Source of the DNA: Chrysomallon squamiferum
Taxonomy: Eukaryota > Animalia > Mollusca
DNA: 64,000 nt
Assembly: GCA_012295275.1 (NCBI GenBank)
Contig: CM022670.1
Span: 25,544,001-25,608,000 of the forward strand
Direction of reading: 5' to 3'
Below, one piece after another: positions 25,691-36,351 of the stretch (position 1 is the stretch's first letter; each line of letters starts with the position of its first letter). A program made the position numbers and the translations under genes. Below the pieces are notes generated by a model. It did not search any database. It saw only the letters and a list, made by a program, of their open reading frames with translations, and had not been told where the DNA came from.

Positions 25691-26848
25691 TTAGTTTCCC
25701 ACTGTGGAAGTAACATTATGATACAACACCACTGGATTCACTTCATTTTTCATTTCAGGTCCAAGCTGAGACACTGCTGCGAACCACATCTTTTCGACGG
25801 CTTCGATCTTTTTCCCAGCAAGCACAGCTAAATAAGAACAGTTTCTGGTTTTCGTGTAGCAGTTGAGACCAACATTTACCTTCATGACCGCGATTGGCAG
25901 AATGCTTTCAAATGTCACATTACCCACCTTGTTTGGAAGCATTCCAAACAAGTAAAGATCATCTATCCAAAAGAACGGAGTTATGTAAGCAGCTTGATAT
26001 AGCGGATATATTAGGTCACGCGATATAAGAACTAGGTAGCCCATGCAATAGTGAAATGGATATTTGACATAGCCACGAAATATTTTCTTGTCCACAACCC
26101 ATTTAGTTTTCCTTCTGTGGATATGGTTGGTTCCTTTTTTTCGAAGGGGACAAAACATGGAACGTTTTCTCGAAATTAATTTAGGATAAAACTTGTCCAT
26201 TAGAATGAAAACGTTGAGAAATAGGTCGTCGTCTACTTTGACAATCATTTCGGCTTCTTGACAAAATTCATTTGTCCATCTGAAAGCCAGAACTCCTTTG
26301 TGAGTCAGATTGTGATATGTGTCAAGGAAATTTCCCTGCACGATATCACCATACACAACACTTTCTTTTTCTATCAGCTTCTGAATGCTTTGGGTCTTTG
26401 GTATTCCAAAGAAAAACACTATCCTGAACTGAAATTTAGGAAATATATTTCTGTTGGCCCACGTTTCTCGAATTATTCTGCGATTTCTAACATTTGTCGT
26501 CGCGCTGTGAACAATGATTAGAAACTTCAAGTTTGTCACATTTACACAGATACTGGGATTGTTTATTATGTAAGGTGATTCGAGAGTCAGTGCATACTGT
26601 GTTGGCTTTGAGATTTTTGTGAAGCTAGTAGCTTTAATTTCATTTTCTTTTGCAGAGGCTACTCTTTTGTCAGTATAATTTAACACTGTTGTGTAAGAAA
26701 TACTATTTTGCTTCATACGGAGATGTTTCAACATATATTTGCTGTTGAGAAATATATATCCATAGTTAATATAAAGCAAAAAACGATTTATTAGCAGTAA
26801 TAGCAGTATGAAAGAGAAAACGAAAGGAATTCGTTTGGTCTGTACCAT
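25691..26848 (-). CDS. GT31 beta-1,3-galactosyltransferase-like protein, subfamily A copy C (385 aa)
   Basis: Intact ORF with a TM anchor and all GT31 motifs (RRIIRETW, DTYHNLTHK, KVDDDLF, YPFHYCMG, FWIDDLY). Upstream acceptor at 26949-26950. Confidence 0.95.
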   Translation of the reverse strand: MVQTKRIPFVFSFILLLLLINRFLLYINYGYIFLNSKYMLKHLRMKQNSISYTTVLNYTDKRVASAKENEIKATSFTKISKPTQYALTLESPYIINNPSICVNVTNLKFLIIVHSATTNVRNRRIIRETWANRNIFPKFQFRIVFFFGIPKTQSIQKLIEKESVVYGDIVQGNFLDTYHNLTHKGVLAFRWTNEFCQEAEMIVKVDDDLFLNVFILMDKFYPKLISRKRSMFCPLRKKGTNHIHRRKTKWVVDKKIFRGYVKYPFHYCMGYLVLISRDLIYPLYQAAYITPFFWIDDLYLFGMLPNKVGNVTFESILPIAVMKVNVGLNCYTKTRNCSYLAVLAGKKIEAVEKMWFAAVSQLGPEMKNEVNPVVLYHNVTSTVGN

Positions 26849-27103
26849 TTTCGGTTCATTTATTTAACAAAGACTGCAAGTTGTATTAATTATAATTGTT
26901 TTCATTAGTCCGTTAGTTTCCACATTCTCCAGTTTACAGCAGTCGAATCTATAAAAAAAGAAGCAATTTCTATACAATCTATTGTATTATAATGCCCTCA
27001 CTTCTTTTTTATTAACATCATTCTCAGATAGTTGTATAACTGCTGTTGTTTTATGACTACCATCAAATGTGAATTTAATAACAACAAGAATAACAACAAT
27101 AAC

Positions 27104-27149
<46 letters not shown>

Positions 27150-30100
27150 CAAATAAATAAATAAATAAATAATTAACTTTTCTCTCTAACGAAAATAACA
27201 CCCACATATATAGGTTTATTGGAAAGAAACTCCACTCTCAACTTTGTGTTGTATTAGAAACTGGTTATATTCAACCAAAATATATGATAAACGATGACTC
27301 GTTCTTAAAAGCAGGACAAAGAATTAGTTTAATTCTATTATTGTACTGGCAGGCTATCCACTCATACACAAATAAGTTTTATAAACAAATAGATGAGATT
27401 TGGTTTTGGTTCACGTGATTGGAAGGGGTTAAGGATCTAGTTGTGAACTGTTTGTGATCAGTTACTAAAGAAAATTAATGTCATAACATTTGTAAACTTG
27501 TACAATTATAAAATTGTAACATGGTTTTTATTTTTTATTTTTCATTAAAATGAACCATCTACACTATAACATATATTTTACACTATAAAGAAATGTTTAC
27601 CTTGTATATAACAAAGTACTGTATCTATGTTAAAACATCTATATAAAACATATGTATTAATTGTATTTGATATTATAAAACAACATTTGTTATTCGTCAC
27701 AGTTATGTACTGAAATTATGTGCTGATAAAAAAAAAATTAGTGCACAAAATTCCATTTTTAAAGTTCGATTAAACAGCAGAAATAAATTTTTCAAATACG
27801 TATTATTTTCATAGAGCAAAAGAAGTTTCACAATGTGCATAAGAAATGCAGAAGTCAGTACAGGCACATTAAGAGGCAGTTAGATATTTCTTTTGTGTTA
27901 TTAGAGAATAAAAAGCTATTTATTGATGAATAAATATACAAAAGACTGAACTGATATCTCGTGTTCGTCTCGAGTAACTGAATTTTTTGAAAGCAGACTT
28001 CTACATCTTATTTTATTTTTTAGTAGCTTTAAGCATTTTGGCTGACAAATATATCTTTCATAAATAAAAAAAAATAAAAAAGATAAAATACATTTGATAA
28101 ATGCAGTTTAAATAATTATTCTGCACTCCGTCTTTAGAGGCGTATCTTTTATGTGCAGCTATAGGAATCTATTAATACTAAATTGAAAAACTAGTAGAGC
28201 GGCATTTTCAATCTCGGTATTTCATTGTCAATCTTTGTTAATGGAAACAATCAGGAAGTGCATGTGTTACTCTATTGAATCATTTTACCTTCGTTGTTAT
28301 TCATGTTTTGCATACGTTTTCACTTAGCTTAATTTCCCATACCAGTGTTACGATGAACAATATATCATATAAAGCAACAGGCAATATTTTCTCATGAAAT
28401 TTATTTCTTTCAATTTTTACAACCTAGGATAGGCCTGTTGATTTTGTTTTTTCACCATTAACGTTTAGGGAATATTTGTTGAGCGTTTATATATTTTATA
28501 TACTTCTATTTTTTATGATCCCATTAAACATGATTTTTTTTTTAAATCACTAGAATTAATATAGTAAATCGTTTTTGTTTTTCTGTTTTTTTTTTAATTA
28601 TACCATAAAATTTTATTTTATAAAGTCAGTGGGGCGCATCTTTTTATATAATCGATTTTTCTCTTGTTTTTATTTAGTTTTATTATTATTATTTTTTTTT
28701 TTTGGTATTATAATTTGTTATTTATTTATATATTTAGTTGTTTTGATTGATTGTTTAAAAAGAGTATCTTAAATGTTGTAATGTACACTGGCCACGACAT
28801 CATCATGCAGATGGTTCCTCTGAGTCATCAGTATTTCAAATAATGACGAAAATTTAAATAAAATTATTTATTTATACAGTATATTTATATACGTATTTAA
28901 ATGCATGTGCGTGCGCCTGTGCGTGTCTGAGTTTTTGTTATAATATTTAAACGTATTATTATGGCTTTATAAAACTGTAAGGCAAGGAATTAAAAACAAT
29001 TATTTATTGTTTAATGATGGCAGGTGGCCAAGTATCTCGTATGTTATTTAAAGAATTTTTTTTTACCCTCAATGTTTATGGAATATTTGTGGGCGTTTAT
29101 ATATTTTACATATTTTTATTTTTTATAATGCCACTAAACTTCTTTTTCTAATTATACCATAAAATTTTATTTTTAAAATTCAGTGGGTTGCGTCGTTTAA
29201 TATAACCGATTTTTCTCTTATTTTTACTTAGTTTTATTATTATTATTTTTTATTATTGTTTATTATTTATTTATTTGTTTGTTTTTATTTATTTAGTGTT
29301 TTCCCTGTACTTGATAAAGTGCGACGAATTTTGAATATTAAAATAATATTTAATCAGGATTCTCTTAGGTTCTTTGAACGATATACAAGGAGATTTGCAA
29401 AATCATCATGCATATTAATCCCTCTACCTTTACCGTCTTAAAAGAAACTCTCGTTTTCTACTAGTAAAGAAAGAAATCATCAGATCTGGGTCATACTACT
29501 GTTCAACTTCGCAATGTTTATTTTCATAAGGCGTTGGTCAGCCGAGGCTGTATTGTTATGAACGACAACATTATCTATTACAGGTATTTAATCAACGTCA
29601 CCACTTGAAACAAATTTTGAAATATTTATGTACCTGTCAGCATTCAGCATATAATATTACAGTATTAAATCTAGTTTTGTTTTCTGTTTTATTAGAGCTT
29701 TAACTACGAGCAAGTAGTTAGACATTGTTCCAGTTTGCTATAATCATTTCTATTACAAAGATTTTAAAAATGGCATCTGATTGAGAATAAACAATATTAT
29801 AGATAAAAAAGTGATAGTTGCAGTGTGGACTGAAAATGTGATTAATCCAAATTCAAAATAAAATCTAATTACATAATATCTTGACTAATAAGCTTTGAAT
29901 CAGTTTGATCAGAATTTAAAATAATAAGCATTATCATTTACTTTTTAAAATGTATATTTGTATAAAATAAACGTAAACAAATTATTTTAAAATAAAGTAT
30001 TGGTTTTAAACAGATTTCAAATTTTTGAGCTTATTGAAAAAATAGCCTAGCAGTGAATCATCCGTCTACTTAGATTTTAAAAACTGTATTAACGTAACAA

Positions 30101-31699
30101 ACTGTATGAGTCATATATTACAATCACAGGCGTTCTCTCTACTGTCTTGTTGACAGCACACAAAAGTGAACGCCCACTTGCGTATACAAATTTATAAGAA
30201 AAAGAAATGATTCTTTGAACTGATTACGAAGAGTTGCTGGCTTGGACTTGGACAGAAGAATCTAATCACGTGATATAACAGCCAGAGAGTTTTTCTGTAA
30301 TGTTACATAATTTATGCTATGCTAAATGCACAACAAGACACAAACGAGTACGCCTGTTTACGTATATGAATTTAGAAAAAAAAAAAAAAAAGGTGTTTGT
30401 ATTGATTACTAAGAGTATCTGGCTTGCAGAGAAGTTTGTAACCAGGCGATGTAACAAAGACATAATTTTTTTTTTTTTTTTTACAATTTATCATGAATGT
30501 TGCATATAATTTGATTACTAAAAAAAATCGAAAATTGTTTTTTGTTGATTACTAATTGCATGAAAACTAAAATAATATTTTTACTTTGTCATAAAATGTC
30601 GTTCATCCGCAACTAAATTTCCTTATGTTTTTGTTAATATTCGTCTTTCGCTCTCTCTAGTTTCTTTCATGCTAAAGGTTAAGGAAACAGTATTGTATAA
30701 AACTAGGTTTTTCAGATTTTGTTGTTTTCAGTATGATACAATCTCAGGCAACAAGTCGATGATGTAGACATGTCAACAATGCCCGTAAATATTAACTTAT
30801 ATATTATGTTGATTCTCTGATGTTCATTATTTTACTTTAAGTACGTAAAAATAATTTCTTTAATAATCTTGTCGTCTTCATCCCTGTTAGCGGTTCTTGA
30901 TTTCCATTTAAAATTAAAATTAAAATTAAATAAATAAAAAAAAATAAAAAAATAAAGTAATTAAATCTAAACAAAAATTTATTTTAAATAATTAATGTAA
31001 CAACAACACTGTTCATAACAGTATCATAAGTTTTATAAATATGACAAAAAGAAATATTTATAAAATAAATAAAAATTAAAACTTTGTATTATCACATTGC
31101 TTAAAATGTGTATCTTAAATCTTGTTATGTACACTGGCCACGACGTCATTATGCAGGTGGTTTCTCAGAGTCATCAGTATTTCAAATACTAAAATAAATT
31201 TAAATACGTATGTGAGTGCGTGTGCGTGTGTCTGAGCTTGTGTGATAATATTTAAACGTATTATTGTGGCTTCATAAAACTTTAAGGAATTAAAAACAAT
31301 TATTTATTGTTAAATGATGGCAGGTGGCCAAGTATCTCGTATGTTATTTAAAGATTTTACTTACATTGATCTGGATTATGACCGGATTATTGATTGCATT
31401 CAAACAGGCAAACCGCAAGAAGGGTTCTTGTTCCTAAACCTCGTCACTGTCATTTCTCACTAACACATAAATGCTTATATTTAGTGTAGGCCAAACTACA
31501 TCCTTATAAGCAGTGGACTATATTCTCACTCGTTGAGTTAAGTGTCCAATAATTAATTTTACTTCATTGATGGAATAATATATCCTGACAGCTGACACAA
31601 AAGTGGAATCTTCTGAATATTACAACGGTTAGTATATCACAATAAAAATTCACACAAAAGGAAAATAGTAATTAAAGCCTTCAACACCCGACACATACA

Positions 31700-32009
31700 C
31701 AGGCTGAGGATCCCGTATCCGAAATCCCGACATCCGAAAAGCTCCGAAATCCGAAACTTTTTCCGAGCAGCAGAAATAATAATATCTTACAGTTTTCGGA
31801 CCTTTTTCCATATAGAAACCGCATTTTATGCAGAAAATTATTAAAACTATTATTTTAAATAATCCTGCAGGCTATTTGTGTAGACTGTATATGAAAAATA
31901 AATGGAATTCATATTTGGACCTAGATTCTCTTCTCAGGCTATCTCCTTATATTCCAAAATCTGAAACACTTCCGGTCCGATGCATTTCGGATAAAGGTTT
32001 CTGAACCTG
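31700..32009. mobile_element. Tc1/mariner-pogo (Tigger4/MER46-like) MITE, ~310 bp
   Basis: Imperfect TIRs CAGGCTGAGGATCCCGTATCCGAAAT and ATTTCGGATAAAGGTTTCTGAACCTG, followed by TA. It has TCCGAAA subrepeats and is absent at the paralogous sites ~42443 and ~52893. Confidence 0.8.
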
Positions 32010-32214
32010 TACAATAAAACCAGAAAGATACGTAGTCTTGATGTACCATGATATTAAAACATTTGTAAAAATATAGTTATATTTATATACGGATAGGTTA
32101 GTAATGTGATTTGTTATATGATTTACTTGAAAACGAACGACACTTTCGTAACGTTATCTTAGTGCACAGGGTTATTATTACCTCGCCTGAAACACTGTAC
32201 AACATGTTCATAGT

Positions 32215-32420
32215 AATTCAGTTTTAAATATCTCACTATTGTTTACATACGGCAGAATCGTCTTAGCAATAATATATCAAAATCAAAATAGAGAAGTATT
32301 ATTTATCCCGAATATGGAAGACAAAACTATTATCAAAATAAGATTTTAATGACTCTAGATGTGCAGCCTAAGAGCCATTCGCCAGCCAGAAAACGTGAAA
32401 ACACCAGCAATGCACTATCC
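32215..32420 (+). pseudogene. Diverged copy of the LRRC74-like upstream region and first codons
   Basis: CTAGATGTGCAGCCTAAGAGCCATTCG.CAGCCAGAAAACGTGAA.ACAC.AGCAA matches 42824-42880, then homology stops. Confidence 0.8.
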
Positions 32421-32906
32421 TTCATGGCAAATGAGGCAAATGCCTTTTACCGAAATCTTTTTTTCTTTCTTTTCTTTTTTTATATTCCTTTGTTTGTTTT
32501 TTGTTCAGATTTTTTTTTTTTTTCTTTTACAATATGAAACTTACACCTCAGTCTCCTATTGGTTTAGTCACGAATTACTGTCCGGTTTTAGTATTATCAA
32601 TCTGATTTCTATTACGATAAAACTAGCAAGCTGAGATATAGAAATAATATATAAAAAAAAGAGTAATCTGAATTCAGGTAAAACATCGAGAACAAAACAA
32701 GCAAATAAAGGGGAAAAAACGAGGACAAAATTAAGTTTAGAAACCAAATAATAAAAACACCACCTCCCCCTTAAAAAAAAGAAGAAATAAAATAACAAAC
32801 ACAGAACAAATAAAAACAAAACAAAACAACAAAATGCCCAACAACTTGGACTAACCAGATAAAACGCCTAATATCCAAAACAAAAGACCCTGAAAATAAA
32901 CAGAAT

Positions 32907-32994
<88 letters not shown>

Positions 32995-33112
32995 CTTTTG
33001 TCGACTCTTATATGTAAAAATAAATGAGTCATTAAAAAAAAAAAAAAAGAAAAAAAAAAAAGAAAAGAACAAAACAAAAATGACAAAAAACTGTAAACAA
33101 ATCAAAGCACTT

Positions 33113-33544
33113 TTATGATAACAACAAAGGGTTGACTTCCTTTTTCATGATCGGAGTTAGTTGTGTGCAAACAGATGAATGTCAAACCAAAGAAGAAAAC
33201 TATTCTTAAATGAACATTTTTAAAGGTAATTGCGCTGACCCATGTTTCTCGAATTATTCTTCGTCCTTGAAAGATATTAGTATGAACCATAATTAGAAAA
33301 TTGAGATTATTGGTATCTGAACAAACGTTACGATTATTTATGACATAGAGGGATTCAAGGGTCAGTGGGTATAAACTTCGTTTTGTTATTCGATGTAAGT
33401 CCCTGTTAGACTTCTCTTTTACTGCCTGAATGTTTTTGGCTTTATTTTCACAAGTTACTTTAATTTGAGAAAATGAAATAATTAATATGAGTAGATTACC
33501 TGGAAAGCAAATTGTGTTAATGGTTCATATTCTGTACGCATCAT
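33113..33544 (-). pseudogene. GT31 subfamily C pseudogene with the catalytic core deleted
   Basis: RITKRSLYPLTLESLYVINNRNVCSDTNNLNFLIMVH..RRIIRETW..LRIVFFFGL is joined out of frame to TQLTPIMKKEVNPLLLS*. Confidence 0.85.
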
Positions 33545-33900
33545 TATTGATAAATTTGCGGAAAGAGATCAATTTTCTTTCTTTTCATATGATTAGTTGT
33601 ATATTTTACAATCACTAAAGATTTTTTTCACGGTAAGTGTTTAGTCCAAATGTACGCGAATACCTTTTTTTACCTTTTTTTTTTTTTTTTTTTTATTTTT
33701 ATTTTTCATTTTTCTGTTTTCATTTTTATTACCTTTCGAAATAACATTATGAATTAAGCCTTTTTCATCCTTTCATTTTCGAGTAAGTTTCGAACGATTA
33801 TGTAATTAATCTAAGAATCGTTTATCTGCTAAAGTAACGCATTGCATTTTAGCTCACCTATCGTTATTGCTTCGTCAATAAGCATTGCATTTTAGCTCAC

Positions 33901-34027
33901 CTATCGTGCTTCGTCAATAAGATTACTTTACAACCTCACAGCACCCGTGGTTGACTAACTCTGTAAAGAAGCCGTCTACTGTTCCAGTTAATTGTTTGCT
34001 GCACGATGTATTTCTAAAATACTGTCT
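33901..34027 (-). other. Putative spliced leader exon upstream of GT31 subfamily C
   Basis: Minus-strand acceptor TTTTTGCAG| at 34028 and donor TAG|GTGAGC at 33900. A copy at ~62818-62944 has the acceptor mutated to CGG. Confidence 0.45.
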
Positions 34028-34078
34028 CTGCAAAAAATAAAGAAATCGACAATAACACACCGCAGTAACACCCGGCAA

Positions 34079-34113
<35 letters not shown>

Positions 34114-34429
34114 GTGTGATAAATAATGTATATATGAAAGTATATACGTACATCTCTACGTGTATATATGTGTCTATGGGTGAGTGTGTGTGTGAGCATG
34201 CATATGTCTGTGCAAGTCTTGTCTGTATTTATATATACACGTGTATTCAAGCACTAACATAATAAGATCTTAATCAAAATCCTCCTTTATTTTTTGAACA
34301 ATAAATTTAGTTACAGAAAAATATCTTTAATGCAATAACTACTGATAAAATAAAATAATATAAAATTTAATGAAAAAAAGAAAACAAAACTTTTATCAAA
34401 AACCAGTTTAGGAAATTAGAAAATCTAAA

Positions 34430-34600
34430 ACCTACCTCTATTTATAATTTTTTTCTATTAAATAAATTTCAGTGCGCACATGGGTTAGACTGTTCACACA
34501 AAAACTGAATGCGCCTGCGCAGGAAATGATCTTAAACCTAGGCGACAAAGCTGGAACGAAAGAATGCGAATAAATTTTATACCGACTGGTGAATATAGAA
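34430..34600. promoter_or_regulatory. NRF1 + ETS-like promoter candidate
   Basis: TGCGCCTGCGCA (34510-34521) overlaps CAGGAAAT, and GTGCGCAC lies at 34472. There is a minus-strand donor GAG|GTAGGT at 34435. The motif is identical at 54012 and 63444. Confidence 0.55.
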
Positions 34601-36351
34601 TAGGTGATTAAAGAAAAAATAGTTCACTGGATTTAAATTATGTGCCCTAAATATAGATAGATAGATAGATAGATACACATACATGTATATGTATGTATGT
34701 ATGTAAAAATATATATATCATCAACCTTCTGATTTCTACCTCAGCTATAACCACCACCATCAGTACTAAAGCTACAATGATACGACTATCATTAATACTA
34801 CTGTTCCTATTGCTATTACTGCTACAACTGTCACCATTTATTTCTCAATGTGAAAGGTTTATTTTTATTTTTTCTTAAATGTTGATTACAAAGTACAGTG
34901 CTACATTTAAATTACCTTCACACGACGCATGAATATAAATTGCTAAAGTTCTAAGTGCCTGTTAGTAATCCTGCAATAAATAAATCGACAATATTGTCAA
35001 GAGTTCTCACCTTTAACATAATAGCATTAGCTTTGAATCTTTTACTTGTCACATGCTGTTGCCTAGGGACAGGCCGTGAGATAACTTTCTTCTATTATAT
35101 TTTTTTCTTTTTCTTTTTTCTTTTCTGTGAATAACACCTATGATAAATTTTTAACTGCGAATGTATTGCATTAACTTTAAACGATACTTTTTTTGCTTTG
35201 TTTTGGCAATGGATAAGGTGAATTAAGTAAATTAAAAAAGAAGAAGAAAAAACTATTATAAGACGAGCAGGCAATGATAATATAAATAATAATAATATAT
35301 TTAACAAACATACAAATAGCAAAATAACATATTTGCCTTCATTTAACCAAGACAGAAAGGTTTGTGTGCATATGTTAAGATTAATGTGTTCGTATGTTTG
35401 TGTGTTCATGTGTGTTCGTATGTATATATGTGTGTGCATGTGCCTGTATTTGTGTGTGTGTTCAAATAATTGTGTTCAGGTATATCTGTATGTTCAAGTA
35501 AATATATACAAGCCTGTCTACATGTTCAAAGAAATATGTTCATATGTGTTCGTGTGTTCATCTGTGTTTTTATGTATTTATGTTTTCAGATAGATATGTT
35601 CATATGCATTTGATCCTAGGTAAGCATACTTGAGAGAACATAATATTCAGATAAGAAAAATATGGTATAATAATAAGAACATCAACAATAATAGTAATAA
35701 CAATAAGATAAAATAAGAGCGAAACAAGGACAATGATAACAATAACAACATAAACAACAATAGCAACAATACTAATAATATCATCAACAACAACAACAAT
35801 AATTCCAAGCACAACAAGAACAGTAGCATTAACAACAGCAACATCAACAACAGCAGCAATAATTATGATGATGACGACGATGATAATAATAATAAAACTG
35901 TGTGCGTGTTGTTGGTAACAAGTATTTGAAATCTTGCAGCGAAAGCTCTCATTGCATACAGCGTTACAGAATGCAATACTTACAAACCAACAAATAGCAA
36001 ACAATCACCTCTTAGTGACGCCGCCACTCACAGTTTTATTGTAGGCCTACTAATTAATTATTAACTCATTAATTATCTTTATAGTCCATGATAATAAAGA
36101 ACTGTTAGAAGTACGTTAACATAATGGTTTTTCATTAAAATATTAATATAGAGCAACAGGAAGAATCATTTGACTAATGTTTATTTGATGTTTTATTTGA
36201 TATAAAGGAGTATGAATAGACAGAACAATGCGAGTCTTTTGTTGGGATTCTAATCGTATAGAAAATAATAATCTGAAAAATCAGCGAACTGAATTTAAAT
36301 TCATGTTTCGGCGAAATTAAAACATATATATATCTATAGATAGAAAATAAT

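Larger units (their letters stand above)
24770..35090. repeat. Large segmental duplicate of 55900-64000
   Basis: Same order in both: (GA)n, intact GT31, upstream blocks, MITE, core-deleted GT31, leader exon and NRF1 block. The right copy lacks ~29150-30190 and ~31810-32870. Confidence 0.9.

Noticed and set aside
33923-34027. Insulin A-chain-like peptide (..NHGCCEVVK)
   Set aside because: It lacks the CCxxxCxxxxxxxxC spacing and stops four residues after CC.
35058-35070. RFX X-box-like GTTGCCTAGGGAC as a ciliary promoter for LRRC74
   Set aside because: It is 7.8 kb from the LRRC74 ATG with a whole gene between, and is altered in both paralogous copies.
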